Part shown: piece by piece, positions 1 to 10,690 of the stretch | Layout: every line of letters starts with the position of its first letter | Position numbering within the stretch: position 1 is the first letter of the stretch | Origin: Candidatus Polarisedimenticolia bacterium | GTDB lineage: Bacteria; Acidobacteriota; Polarisedimenticolia; Gp22-AA2 | Direction of reading: 5' to 3' | Length of the DNA stretch: 64,000 bases | Assembly (NCBI GenBank): GCA_036005805.1 | Contig: DASYQE010000086.1 | Location: 14,014-78,013, forward strand | The notes under the pieces: generated by a model | The model's input: the letters and a program-made list of their open reading frames with translations, nothing else | Told to the model about the DNA's origin: nothing | The model's database searches: none | Program-made: the position numbers and the translations under genes

Positions 1-1707
1 GCAGGCTCTTGCAGCCAGGGGGACGGTCGCCGGGTCCTGCGTGGACTCACCGGTCTGACGCAGCACGGCGAGATCGCCGCGGTAGAGGTTGAACGAGTCG
101 AACCCGCTCTCAGCCTGCCAGTAGACAAATGCCTGCGACGCCCGAATCAGGATCAAGCCGTCGTCGAGATCGCAGGCGTCCCCTTCGGCATCGTGGTCGA
201 GGTCATCCTGCTGGGAGTTGTCGGCGCTCGGACAGTTGTCGCAGGCGTCCCCGCGACCATCAGAATCCAGATCCCCCTGGGCGGGGTCATAGCTCGTCGG
301 GCAGTCGTCGCAGACTCCTGCCCGAAGGTCGTCATCCAGGTCGGCGACCGTGTCATCGAGGTCATCCACGAGCCCGTCGCAATCGTCGTCCAGGCCATTG
401 CAAATCTCGATCGACCGGGAGCGGGAGAACCGATCGTGATCGTTGCAGTCGATGTTGCAGGGGTTTCCATCCCCGTCGGCGTCCGCGGGATGGGGCACGT
501 CGTCCACGAGGCCGTTGCAGTCATTGTCGACACCGTCGCACGTCAGACCTTCGGGAGACGGTGAGCCCGGGACGCAGTTCTGCGGCGCGCCGTTGGTGCA
601 GCGGGGAACGGTCCTCGCGCAGGCACCCAGGCCGCAGCTCTCCATGCCGAGGAGCTCATCGGCGGCGCCGTCGCAGTCGTTGTCCATCCCGTCGCAGATC
701 TCCGGCCGACCAGGCCTGGTGTTGGGATCGGCATCGTTGCAGTCGCCGCCGCACGCGGTGAGGCCGTCGCCGTCAGCATCGGGGCAGTCGTTTCCGTGCT
801 TGATCTTGACGAACCCTCCAATGGCGGGTGTTTCCGTGCCTCCGAGACGGTAGGTCGCGCCGATGAAGGCGCATTCACTCAACGAGGTGGGTTCGGGGAA
901 AGAGATCGCCGCGTGCCCTTCGGAGTCGGGGGCGCCGGCGAGCGCCCAGGCTGAGGTGCGGATGTCGCCAACCCCCGCGTTGCACTCGGTGACGCGCGTG
1001 TAGAGGCGTCCGAGCCCTCGAGGTGGGATGCTGAGAGGTCCGTCGGGACAGCCTCCAAGCGCTGCTCCCACGGTTCCGGCGTCGCAATCGCTCCTGATGG
1101 TTGGGAGCGACAGGGTCAGGGCGACATGAACCTGTCCATTGTCCCGGGTGACACCATCGACGTGCAGGAGCGTCTGCTCCGCCGGCTGACATGAAAGTGG
1201 CAAGGCGACGTTGGATGTGGCATCGAGCTTCTGGGCCGCTTCCACCAGGAACATGGCGAAAGAGGTGGAGTAGCCGAGGCTCGTGAGGATCGACCAGCCG
1301 TTGCGATCCACGAGGTGGATCGCGATCCGGCCATCGCCGTCTCCGCCTGTTGGGGGAACGGGACAGCCCGGAGGGATACCGAACCCTCCCCAGTCGAACG
1401 CGATGGTGACGAGGCCATCGAAGTAGCGGCCAGCCTCTGGTTGGCAGTCTATGGATTGACTGGTCACGGTCCCGCTCTCCGCGCAGACGAAACCCACAAA
1501 AGAATCGGATGCGGAATTGAGCGCCGGGTTGGCCAGGACCCAGATGTAGCCCCCGACCGCCTGGCCATCACTGCAGGTGTCGAACCAGCCGCCGAAACTG
1601 TGCCTGACCGGCTGCGAATACGGACAGGTCGCTTCGGCTGCACCTCCCCCGATGGCAACCGCGAAAAGGACGAGCACACCGGCGGCGGAGCGACGCGACA
1701 CGGGCAT
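1..1707 (-). CDS. Secreted Cys-rich repeat protein, 3' end off the left edge. It has an N-terminal signal peptide and C-terminal MopE-type putative metal-binding repeats (C-x-G-x-D-[ND]-D-C-[DN]-G-x-x-D[DE]), together with thrombospondin type-3-like Asp-rich repeats.
   Basis: My own translation of the minus strand in the frame whose codons end at coordinates divisible by 3. The ATG is the reverse complement of the cat at 1705-1707. It reads MPVSRRSAAGVLVLFAVAIGG...CDGMDNDCDGAADE...CDGVDNDCNGLVDD...EICNGLDDDCDGLVDD...DACDNCPSADNSQQDDLDHDAEGDACD with no stop down to position 1. The six-frame track omits it, presumably because no in-window stop exists. The listed ORFs 129..761(+), 193..564(+) and 153..533(-) are other frames of the same DNA. 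Confidence 0.6.
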   Translation of the reverse strand, partial: MPVSRRSAAGVLVLFAVAIGGGAAEATCPYSQPVRHSFGGWFDTCSDGQAVGGYIWVLANPALNSASDSFVGFVCAESGTVTSQSIDCQPEAGRYFDGLVTIAFDWGGFGIPPGCPVPPTGGDGDGRIAIHLVDRNGWSILTSLGYSTSFAMFLVEAAQKLDATSNVALPLSCQPAEQTLLHVDGVTRDNGQVHVALTLSLPTIRSDCDAGTVGAALGGCPDGPLSIPPRGLGRLYTRVTECNAGVGDIRTSAWALAGAPDSEGHAAISFPEPTSLSECAFIGATYRLGGTETPAIGGFVKIKHGNDCPDADGDGLTACGGDCNDADPNTRPGRPEICDGMDNDCDGAADELLGMESCGLGACARTVPRCTNGAPQNCVPGSPSPEGLTCDGVDNDCNGLVDDVPHPADADGDGNPCNIDCNDHDRFSRSRSIEICNGLDDDCDGLVDDLDDTVADLDDDLRAGVCDDCPTSYDPAQGDLDSDGRGDACDNCPSADNSQQDDLDHDAEGDACDLDDGLILIRASQAFVYWQAESGFDSFNLYRGDLAVLRQTGESTQDPATVPLAARAC

Positions 1708-1713
1708 GAGTTC

Positions 1714-1741
1714 TTTATACGCGATTCGACGCGGGGGGCAA
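1714..1741 (-). promoter_or_regulatory. Candidate sigma70-like promoter for the MopE-like gene: TTGCCC-N16-TATAAA read on the minus strand. The -10 ends about 6 nt before the ATG, so the mRNA would be near-leaderless.
   Basis: The minus strand reads cgTTGCCCcccgcgtcgaatcgcgTATAAAgaactcATG. Confidence 0.3.
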
Positions 1742-1760
1742 CGAAAAAGATCGAGGGTGG

Positions 1761-4247
1761 TCAGCCCTGCTCTTCGCGCATCTGGTCGAGGCGGGCGAGG
1801 AAGTCGGGCTCGACCAGGACCTCGCGCGGCTTGCTGCCGTCGGCGGGGCCGACGATGCCGTTCTGCTCCATCATGTCGACGAGGCGCGCGGCGCGCGCGT
1901 AGCCGAGCTTGAGGCGGCGCTGGATGTGCGACACGGAGATCTGCCCCTGCTGCACGGCGAGGCGCACCGCCTGGTCGTAGACGGGATCCTGCTCCTCGCC
2001 GCCGCCGCCCGGACCACCGCCGGCCGCGCCGGCCTCGGCCTCGTCGCGCGTCACCGCCTCGTCGTACTGCGGCTTCGCCTGCTTCTTGAGGAAGGTGACG
2101 ATGCGGGTCGCCTCGACCTCGGTCACCAGCGGACCGTGCAGGCGCACCAGGCGCGCCGAGCCGGGGGGAATGAAGAGCATGTCGCCGTGCCCGAGCAGGT
2201 GCTCGGCGCCGTTGCTGTCGAGGATGGTGCGCGAGTCCACCTTCGACGACACGCGCATGGCGATGCGGCAGGGGAAGTTGGCCTTGATGACGCCGGTGAT
2301 GATGTCCACCGACGGCCGCTGCGTCGAGAGGATCAGGTGGATGCCGACGGCGCGCGCCATCTGCGCCAGGCGGGTGATGGCTTCCTCGACCTCGCGGCCG
2401 GTCGTCATCATGAGATCGGCCAGCTCGTCGATCAGGATGACGATGTAGGGGAGGATGGCCGGCTTCTCGCCGGGGAGGAAGTGCTTGCGCTCGGAGGCCG
2501 GCAGGTCCGCGGCCGCGGCCGCTGCGGCGGCGTCTGCCGCGGGCGGCGCCGGCCCGGCGGGGGCCGGCGCGTTGTCGGCGCGCCCCATGGCCCGGCGCAT
2601 GGCGGCGTTGTACTGGTCGATGCTGCGCACCCCCGCCTCGGCGAGCTGCTTGTAGCGCCGCTCCATCTCGACGACCGCCCAGCGCAGGGCGTTGCCGGCC
2701 TTCTTGGTCTCGGTGACCAGCGGCGTCAGCAGGTGCGGGATGTTCTCGTACAGCCCCAGCTCGAGGCGCTTCGGGTCGACCATGATGAACTTCACTTCCT
2801 CGGGGCTCGCCTTGTAGAGGATCGACGTCAAAAGCGTGTTGAGGCAGACGCTCTTGCCCGAGCCGGTGGAGCCGGCGACCAGCAGGTGCGGCATCTTCGC
2901 GAGGTCGGCGTAGTAGGGCTCGCCGTTGATTTCCTTCCCGAGGGCGAGCGTCAGCGACGCCGGGGCGCGCTGGAAGCGCTCGCTCGACAAAAGCTCGCGC
3001 AGCGAGATCACCTCGCGGGTGCGGTTCGGCACCTCGATCCCCACGGTGGATTTCCCCGGCAGGCGGTCGATGCGGATCGACTCCGCCTTGATCGCCAGGC
3101 ACAGGTCGTCGGCCATGCTGACGATGCGGCTGTACTTGATGCCGGCGTCCGGCTTGAACTCGAAGACCGTGACCACCGGCCCCGGCTGGATGGCGATCAC
3201 CTGGCCGTTCACCTCGAACTCGCGGCACTTCTCGGTGATGAGCCGGGCGGTCTCCACCAGCTCCGCCTCATCGACCTGGGACGCCTTGGTCATCGGCTCG
3301 AGGAGCGACAGCGGGGGCGCGGTGTAGTTCGGCATCGCCTCGATGAAGTCGAACTCGGGCTGCTTGTCGGCCGGCTTGCCGGCCTCGGCGGCGGCCCTGT
3401 CCGGCCGCCCCTTGCGCAGGGTCTTGAGCGGCTCGACCGCCGGGCGGACCTGGGGCTCGGGCGGGGCCTTTGCCGCGGGCTCCGGCAGCTCGGTCAGCAG
3501 CGGAATCGGCGCGGCGGCGCGCGGCTCGACGGCGGGCTCCGCCTTCTCGGCGCGTGCCGCCCGCTCCAGGCGCTCCCGCTGCCGGTCGGCGATGGCGCGG
3601 CGCTGCTCTTCGCGGCGGCGCGCCTCGCGCGTCCGGACCCACGCCAGCCAGGCGCCGCGCACCATCCCCGCCAGGCGGCGCATGAGGGCGCGCACCCCGT
3701 CCACGAGCGAAGACCGGCCGAGGATCAGGAGGCCGCCTCCCGCCAGCGCCAGCGCGACGACGAGCGCCCCCCAGCGGTTGAACAGCCCGGAGAGCGCCTG
3801 CGCGGTCAGATTGCCGATGAACCCGCCCGCCCGGTGCGCCGGCAGGGGGCCGCGCTCGCCGAGCGTCAGATCGAGGATCGCGGTGAACGCCAGGAGCACC
3901 ACCGAGCTGCCGGTCGCGCCGACGAACGGGTGCGAGGGCCGGTGCCAGAAGAAGCGCCAGCCGAGGAAGAGCATCAGCAGCGGCGCGCTCCAGGCCGCCC
4001 AGCCGAACGTCTGGTAGAGCAGCGCCGAGAGGAATGCGCCGACGATCCCGGCGATGTTGTGCACCGGCTGGCCGTCCCACGAGCCGAACCAGAAGACCGG
4101 GTCGGTCGGGTGGTGCGACACGAGGCTCAGGCACAGGAGCACGGCCGTCGCCATCAGGATGATGGCGAACCCTTCGGCGAGGATGCCGCGCGACGCCGTC
4201 GCGGCCTCGCGCCGCTTCGCCGGATGCTTGCGCCGCCGCCGGCTCAC
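1761..4247 (-). CDS. ftsK: DNA translocase FtsK/SpoIIIE. It has N-terminal membrane helices, a Pro/Ala/Arg-rich linker, a Walker A motif (GSTGSGKS) and a C-terminal gamma (winged-helix) domain.
   Basis: An 828-aa ORF with unmistakable FtsK motor motifs (VAGSTGSGKSVCLNTLL, ILIDELADLMM, STQRPSVDIITG). Confidence 0.95.
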   Translation of the reverse strand: MSRRRRKHPAKRREAATASRGILAEGFAIILMATAVLLCLSLVSHHPTDPVFWFGSWDGQPVHNIAGIVGAFLSALLYQTFGWAAWSAPLLMLFLGWRFFWHRPSHPFVGATGSSVVLLAFTAILDLTLGERGPLPAHRAGGFIGNLTAQALSGLFNRWGALVVALALAGGGLLILGRSSLVDGVRALMRRLAGMVRGAWLAWVRTREARRREEQRRAIADRQRERLERAARAEKAEPAVEPRAAAPIPLLTELPEPAAKAPPEPQVRPAVEPLKTLRKGRPDRAAAEAGKPADKQPEFDFIEAMPNYTAPPLSLLEPMTKASQVDEAELVETARLITEKCREFEVNGQVIAIQPGPVVTVFEFKPDAGIKYSRIVSMADDLCLAIKAESIRIDRLPGKSTVGIEVPNRTREVISLRELLSSERFQRAPASLTLALGKEINGEPYYADLAKMPHLLVAGSTGSGKSVCLNTLLTSILYKASPEEVKFIMVDPKRLELGLYENIPHLLTPLVTETKKAGNALRWAVVEMERRYKQLAEAGVRSIDQYNAAMRRAMGRADNAPAPAGPAPPAADAAAAAAAADLPASERKHFLPGEKPAILPYIVILIDELADLMMTTGREVEEAITRLAQMARAVGIHLILSTQRPSVDIITGVIKANFPCRIAMRVSSKVDSRTILDSNGAEHLLGHGDMLFIPPGSARLVRLHGPLVTEVEATRIVTFLKKQAKPQYDEAVTRDEAEAGAAGGGPGGGGEEQDPVYDQAVRLAVQQGQISVSHIQRRLKLGYARAARLVDMMEQNGIVGPADGSKPREVLVEPDFLARLDQMREEQG

Positions 4248-4275
4248 CGGCCCCTCCGTGCCGCCCGCATCGGGC

Positions 4276-5976
4276 TCATGTCTCCAGAACCATCGGGATG
4301 ATCATCGGCCGCTTGTCGAGGCGCTTGCGGAAGAAGCGCTTCAGCTCCTGCTGGATCATCGCCTTGAGCACGCCGCGATCGGCGCGCTCCTCGGGGGTGG
4401 CCGCCTCCACCGCGCGGCGCACGGTGCGCGTCGCCTCGCGCATCAGGTCGCCGCGCTCGGTCTCGATGACGAAGCCGCGGCTGAGGATCTCCGGATCCCC
4501 TTCCATCTGGCCGCTCTGCCTGTCGATGGCCACGACCGCCAGCACGATGCCTCCCTCGGAGATGTGGCGCCGGTCGCGCACCACGATCTCGTCCACTTCC
4601 TCGAGCGTCCCGTCGATGAACACCCGGCCGGCCCGCACCTTGCCGGTCACCGTCGCCGCGTCGCCGTTCAGCTCGATGACGTCGCCGCTCTCCGCCAGGA
4701 TGATGCGCTTGCGGTCGAGCCCGGTGCGCTCCGCCAGGCGCGCGTGACTGTACAGCTGCCGGATCTCCCCGTGGATCGGGATGAAGAATTTCGGCCGCAC
4801 GAGCGTCAGCAGCAGCTTCAGCTCCTCCTGGCTGGCGTGTCCCGAGACGTGGTACGGCGCCGAGCTGCCGAAAACGACCTCGGCCCCGCGCCGGTAGAGA
4901 TGATTGATCACCCGGTTGATGGCGCGCTCGTTCCCCGGGATGGCGCGTGCCGACACCAGCACCGTGTCGCCGGGATCGAGCGACACGTCGCGGTGATCAT
5001 CGAGGGCGATGCGCGACAAGGCCGACATCGGCTCGCCCTGCGACCCCGCGGCCAGGATCACCAGCTTGTTGGCCGGGATGCGGCGCGCCTCCGACGCCTC
5101 GGCCATCACCCCGGCGGGCACCTTGAGGTAGCCGAGGTCCTGCGCCACGGTCGCCGTCGAGCCCATGCTCGAGCCGCACATCACCACGCGCCGCTTGTGC
5201 CGCACCGCCTGGTCGATCACCTGCTGGATGCGGTGCACGTTGCTGGCGAAGGTGCTGAACAGGATGCGCCCGTGCGCCCGGCGGAACACGCCGTCGAGCG
5301 CCTCGCCGACCAGCCGCTCCGACCCGGTGAACCCCTCCACCTCGGCGTTGGTGCTGTCGGACAACAGGGCGAGCACCCCCTGGTCGCCATAGTAGGAGAA
5401 CGACTGGAAGTCGAAGGTGCGCCCGTCGATGGGCGTCTGGTCCATCTTGAAGTCGGCGGAGTGGATGATGGTGCCGGCGGGCGTGCGGATGGCGATGGCG
5501 AGCGTCCCCGGGATGCTGTGCGTCACCTGGAGGAACTCGACGACGTAGGGGCCGAGGGGAATCTCCGTCCCGGCCTGCACCGGCTTGAGGAGCTTCTCGG
5601 TCGGGAGCCCGTGCTCCTTGAGGCGGCGGGTCGCAAGGCCGAGGGTGAAATCGCTGCCGTAGACGGGGACGCGCACACGCTCGAACAGGTACGGCAGCGC
5701 CCCGACGTGATCCTCGTGACCGTGCGTCAGCAGGATGCCGTGCACGTTCTCGGCGTGCTCGAAGAGCCACGCGAACTCGGGGATGACGACGTTGACGCCG
5801 AGGATCTGCTCCTCGGGGAACATCACGCCGGCGTCGATCACCAGCAGATCCCGGCCGGAGCGCAGGACGGTGCAGTTCAGCCCGAATTCGCCGAGACCTC
5901 CGAGGGGGATGACTTCGAGGCGGTGCTGGGGCTGCCGCGCCCCTTCGCCGCGCAGGCGGGTCGTCACGGCGCGCAT
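4276..5976 (-). CDS. rnj: Ribonuclease J (metallo-beta-lactamase/beta-CASP RNase).
   Basis: A 566-aa ORF with the HGHEDH motif (LLTHGHEDHVGALPYL), a beta-CASP region and an RNase J C-terminal domain. Confidence 0.93.
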   Translation of the reverse strand: MRAVTTRLRGEGARQPQHRLEVIPLGGLGEFGLNCTVLRSGRDLLVIDAGVMFPEEQILGVNVVIPEFAWLFEHAENVHGILLTHGHEDHVGALPYLFERVRVPVYGSDFTLGLATRRLKEHGLPTEKLLKPVQAGTEIPLGPYVVEFLQVTHSIPGTLAIAIRTPAGTIIHSADFKMDQTPIDGRTFDFQSFSYYGDQGVLALLSDSTNAEVEGFTGSERLVGEALDGVFRRAHGRILFSTFASNVHRIQQVIDQAVRHKRRVVMCGSSMGSTATVAQDLGYLKVPAGVMAEASEARRIPANKLVILAAGSQGEPMSALSRIALDDHRDVSLDPGDTVLVSARAIPGNERAINRVINHLYRRGAEVVFGSSAPYHVSGHASQEELKLLLTLVRPKFFIPIHGEIRQLYSHARLAERTGLDRKRIILAESGDVIELNGDAATVTGKVRAGRVFIDGTLEEVDEIVVRDRRHISEGGIVLAVVAIDRQSGQMEGDPEILSRGFVIETERGDLMREATRTVRRAVEAATPEERADRGVLKAMIQQELKRFFRKRLDKRPMIIPMVLET

Positions 5977-6851
5977 TATACGGGGGAGGGCGGCGAGTCG
6001 ATCCGCTTCTCCGGCGGTGATTTCAGCCGCGCGTAGAGCCGCTCGAAACCCTCCGGCGGGACCTCCTCGGGACGGCCGCCCGGATCGATGGCCGCCGCGA
6101 CGAGCAGGGATCGCGCCCGCTCGTGCGCATCGTCTCCTTCAGAGGCGAGCACCCGTGCCAGGTTATTGAGGAAGGTCTTGCGCCGCTGCCCAAAGCACTC
6201 GTGGACGAAGCGCGCGTAGCCGTCCGGGTCGGCCCCGGCCGCCCCGCCGGGGTCGTGCAGCGCCAGGCGGATCACCTCCGATTCCACCTTGGGGCGGGGA
6301 CGGAACGACCCCGGCCGCAGCCGGCGGATCCGCTCGACCTTCGCGAAGGTGCGGCACAGGACCGTCAGGCTCCCGAATTCCTTCGTGTGCGTGGGGGCCA
6401 GGATGCGCTCCGCCACCTCGCGCTGCACCATTACCATCAGGTCCCGGACCAGGTCGTGCCGCGTCAGGTACCTGAGGATGATGACGGTGGCGATGTTGTA
6501 CGGCAGGTTGCCGAGGATCCGGACCGGGTGGCCGGGTCCCGCCCCGGCGTCGGCCAGGAGCCGCTCCGGCTCGAAGGAGAGCACGTCCCCCTCGAGGATC
6601 CGCACCCGCGCCGTCTCGAACTCCTCCCGCAGCGTCGCCGCCAGCTCGGGGTCGACCTCGACGGCCAGCAGCGCGGCGACCCGCGGCGCGATGCGGCGGG
6701 TGAGCGCCCCGTCGCCGGGCCCGATCTCGAGGACATGGTCGCCGGGGGAGGGTCGGAAGGCAGCGGCGATGGCGGCGAGCGCCCCGGGATCGATGAGGAA
6801 GTTCTGTCCCCAGCGTCGTTTGGGCTTGAATCCCGCGGGCCCCAGGCGCAT
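5976..6851 (-). CDS. rsmA: 16S rRNA (adenine1518/1519-N6)-dimethyltransferase RsmA/KsgA.
   Basis: The N-terminal KRRWGQNFL motif, a SAM-binding VLEIGPGDGALT and the NLPYNI motif. Its stop overlaps the rnj start codon. Confidence 0.9.
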   Translation of the reverse strand: MRLGPAGFKPKRRWGQNFLIDPGALAAIAAAFRPSPGDHVLEIGPGDGALTRRIAPRVAALLAVEVDPELAATLREEFETARVRILEGDVLSFEPERLLADAGAGPGHPVRILGNLPYNIATVIILRYLTRHDLVRDLMVMVQREVAERILAPTHTKEFGSLTVLCRTFAKVERIRRLRPGSFRPRPKVESEVIRLALHDPGGAAGADPDGYARFVHECFGQRRKTFLNNLARVLASEGDDAHERARSLLVAAAIDPGGRPEEVPPEGFERLYARLKSPPEKRIDSPPSPV

Positions 6852-6899
6852 CCAACCACCCTCCTGCCGCGGGCCCGGACGGTCACCCGCGGCGGAGTA

Positions 6900-6908
6900 T
6901 GGTATAAA
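6900..6908 (+). promoter_or_regulatory. Candidate extended -10 element (TGgTATAAA) upstream of trxA, in the divergent rsmA/trxA intergenic region.
   Basis: The sequence is ggagtaTGGTATAAAaactg. It lies 50 nt upstream of the trxA ATG, and an RBS (aaggagag) sits just before the ATG. Confidence 0.3.
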
Positions 6909-6958
6909 AACTGTCCCACAAGCGGTGCGGGGAACGAGAGAGGGAGGCGTAAGGAGAG

Positions 6959-7291
6959 ATGGCGAGCGAGCAGATTCTCACCTTGACGGCGGGGAACTTC
7001 GACGACGAGACCAAGAAGGCGGGTTCTCCGCTTTTGGTCGATTTCTGGGCGGAGTGGTGCGGCCCGTGCCGCATGCTGGCCCCGGTGCTCGACCAGCTGG
7101 CGAAGGATTACGACGGACGGGTGCGCGTCGGCAAGTTGAACGTCGACGACCACAGCAGCATCGCCACCCGCTACGGCGTCATGAGCATCCCCACGCTCCT
7201 CCTCTTCAAGGAAGGAAAGGTGGTCGAGCAGTACATCGGGTCCACCTCGCGCGACAACCTCGCCAAGATCCTCGACAAGCACCTCTCGTAA
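6959..7291 (+). CDS. trxA: Thioredoxin.
   Basis: A 110-aa ORF with the WCGPC active site and a canonical thioredoxin fold sequence. Confidence 0.95.
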   Translation: MASEQILTLTAGNFDDETKKAGSPLLVDFWAEWCGPCRMLAPVLDQLAKDYDGRVRVGKLNVDDHSSIATRYGVMSIPTLLLFKEGKVVEQYIGSTSRDNLAKILDKHLS

Positions 7292-7337
7292 GGACGGAGA
7301 CCCGTTTCCGCGCGTGGAGGCGCGCGGCACCACGGAC

Positions 7338-8629
7338 ATGTCACCCTCCCGCAGGTGGATCATCTCGATCCTGGCGCTCGCCGGCCTGGCCGCCGCCGGG
7401 ACGGCGGTCGTGCGTCATCGCGCCGCCAGGGACGACGGCGGCCTGCGAACCGAGGTGGTCGGCCGCGGCGCGGTGGCCGCCACCGTGACCTCCACCGGCA
7501 CCATCTCCGCCGTGCACACGGTGCAGGTCGGGAGCCAGGTCAGCGGCATCGTGTCCAGCCTGTCGGTGGACTACAACAGCCCGGTCACGAAGGGCATGCT
7601 CCTCGCCACCCTCGACCCGACCCCGCTCCAGGCGCAGGTGGAGCAGCGGCGCGCCGATCTCGCCCGCGCCGAAGTGGACATGCGCAACACCGAGATCGCC
7701 TTCAACCGCCAGCAGCGGCTGCTCGAGCAGGGACTGACGGCCCCGTCGGACTACGACACGGCCAAGGCGGCGTTCGACGCGGCGAAGGCGGGGGTGGCGC
7801 AGGCGCAGGCGACGCTGCGCCAGGCGCAGACGAATCTCTCGTACACGAAGATCTTTTCGCCGATCGACGGCGTGGTGGTGGCGCGCCAGTACGACATCGG
7901 GCAGACGGTGGCCGCGTCGTTCCAGGCGCCGACGCTGTTCACCATCGCCGAGGACCTGACGAAGATGCAGGTCTCGGCCGACGTCGATCAGTCGGACATC
8001 GGACGCGTGCAGGTCGGACAGACGGCCCGCTTCACGGTGGACGCCTACGCCGACGAGACCTTCAGCGGCACGATCTCGCAGATCCGGCTGAACGCCACGC
8101 AGAACCAGAACGTCGTCACGTACCCGGTGATCATCGACGTCGCGAATCCCGACAAGCGCCTGAAGCCCTTGATGACCGCCGACGTGACCATCGAGGTGGC
8201 GAAGGTGGGGGACGTGCTGCGGGTGCCGAACGCCGCGCTGCGCTTCAAGCCGGTCGAGACCGGCCGCGGCGGGGGCGGCGGCGCTCCCGGTGCGGACGGC
8301 GCGCGCGCCTCCGGATCCGAGGCGCCGCGCGGCGGTCCCGCCGGCGGCGGCGCGGGCGGTGGCCCCGCCGCGATGGCCGGCATGCTGAAGAGCACCCATC
8401 CGGCCGGGCGATCGGAGAACGTCTACGTCGTGGACGGCGAGGGCAAGCCGCACGAGGTGGCGGTGAAAACCGGCATCACCGACGGCCGCTACACCGCCAT
8501 CGTCGGGGGCGATCTCAAGGAAGGGGACCGGGTGGCGGTGGGGCTGGAGACGGCCAAATCCTCGTTGACCGGATCGTTCCCCGGGATGGCGCCGCAGGGC
8601 GGCGGCCGGCGCGGCGGAGGCCGCGGCAT

Positions 8630-8633
<4 letters not shown>
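7338..8633 (+). CDS. Efflux transporter periplasmic adaptor subunit (MacA/HlyD family). It has an N-terminal membrane anchor and a Gly-rich low-complexity segment near the C-terminus.
   Basis: The ORF track gives 7314..8633, but that first codon is GTG. The ATG at 7338 ([21 protein letters not shown]) gives a typical short N-terminus followed by a TM helix. The protein has the coiled-coil, lipoyl and beta-barrel adaptor regions. Its TGA stop overlaps the GTG of the next gene. Confidence 0.8.
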
Positions 8634-9345
<712 letters not shown>

Positions 9346-9349
<4 letters not shown>

Positions 9350-10575
9350 GGATCGCCACGCTGCGCGCCTGGAGCATCCTCAAGGTCGGGGTGCGCTCGA
9401 TCCTGCGCAACACCACGCGATCGATCCTGACGGTGCTCGGCATCGTCATCGGCGTCGCCTGCGTCATCGCCATGAACGCCGTCGGCAGCGGGGCGTCGAA
9501 GTCGATCCAGTCGAACATCAGCGCGCTCGGCACCAACTTCATCATGGTCTTCCCCGGCGCGGTGACGCAGGGAGGGGCGCGCATCCTCGCGGCGCAATCT
9601 TCGCTCACCCCCGAGGACGCCGTCGCCATCAAGAACGAGTGTCCGTCGGTCGCCTACGTCTCGGCCGGCATCCGTTCGGGCGGGCAGGTGGTGGCGGGGG
9701 AGAACAACTGGTCGACCGAGGTCTTCGGTTCCGACGTCGACTGGCCTTTCATCCGTGCCTGGAATGTCGAGCGAGGCGTGTTCTTCAGCGAGGCGGAGGT
9801 GAAGGCCGGCACCAAGGTGGCGGTGCTCGGCGCCACCGTGGTGCGCGAGCTCTTTCCGGACACCGATCCGGTCGGCTCCGTCATCCGCATCAAGAACGTC
9901 CCCTTCAAGGTGATCGGCGTCCTCGAGCGCAAGGGGGGGAACACCATGGGGCAGGACCAGGACGACCAGGTGGTCGTCCCGTACACCACGGTGATGAAGC
10001 GCCTCACCGGCGCGATCCGCCTCGGAATCATCCAGGTGGCCGCGTCGTCCCCCGACCGCATCGGCCAGGCGATGGACGAAATCCGCGTGCTCCTGCGCCA
10101 GCGCCACCGCCTCACCCAGTCGCAGGACGACGACTTCAGCATGCGCTCGCAGGAGGAGATCGCCGCCACCGCCAGCCAGACGGCGCGCACCTTCTCGGTC
10201 CTGCTCGCCTCGGTCGCCGCCATTTCGCTGCTCGTCGGCGGCATCGGCATCATGAACATCATGCTGGTCTCGGTGACAGAGAGGACGCGCGAGATCGGCC
10301 TGCGCATGGCCGTCGGCGCCAAGGCGCGCCACGTCCTCGGCCAGTTCCTGCTCGAGTCGGTGGCGCTTTCGATCGTCGGCGGCGCCCTGGGCGTCGCCCT
10401 CGGCATCGGCGCCTCGCTCCTGATCGCCCAATTCGCCGGCTGGCCCGTCGCCATCGACCCGAGCGCAATCGCCGTGGCCTTCTTCTTCTCCGGCTTCATC
10501 GGTGTCTTCTTCGGCTTCTATCCCGCCCGCAAAGCCGCCGCCCTCGACCCCATCGAGGCGCTGCGGTACGAGTAA
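9346..10575 (+). CDS. ABC transporter permease (MacB/FtsX-like; MacB periplasmic domain plus 4 TM helices).
   Basis: A 409-aa ORF whose GTG start overlaps the ATPase stop as GTGA. The FtsX-like permease topology is read from the sequence. Confidence 0.88.
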
Positions 10576-10595
10576 GCCGCCGGCGCTCTCTCCCG

Positions 10596-10630
10596 CCGCC
10601 GGCACCGGCGGGGGCCATTTTCATGTTCTC
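10596..10630 (+). terminator. Weak candidate intrinsic terminator after the permease gene: a short GC hairpin (CCGCCGG/CCGGCGG) followed by a cATTTTCaTgTTcTc stretch.
   Basis: Seen in the 115-nt gap between the permease stop and the FG-GAP gene start. Confidence 0.25.
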
Positions 10631-10690
10631 AACCGGCGATCGAAGTCGTATACTCTGCCCAACGCCGCTTTCACCACAGGAGGACAGACC

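Noticed and set aside
129-878. Plus-strand ORFs at the left edge, 129..761, 193..564 and 443..853
   Set aside because: The minus-strand frame gives a coherent secreted Cys-repeat protein with a start, a signal peptide and repeated motifs. These plus-strand frames give Arg-rich or VVV-type low-complexity sequence.
1926-6036. Very long ORFs 1926..4301(+) and 4054..6036(+) of 791 and 660 aa
   Set aside because: They are Arg/Gly/Asp-rich, without recognisable domains, and lie exactly antisense to ftsK and rnj. They are typical GC-driven open frames.
7292-7337. The CCGCGCG-tggagg-CGCGCGG inverted repeat between trxA and the adaptor gene, as a terminator
   Set aside because: No downstream T-run is present. 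It overlaps the candidate start region of the adaptor gene and is more likely incidental GC palindromy or a translation-initiation structure.
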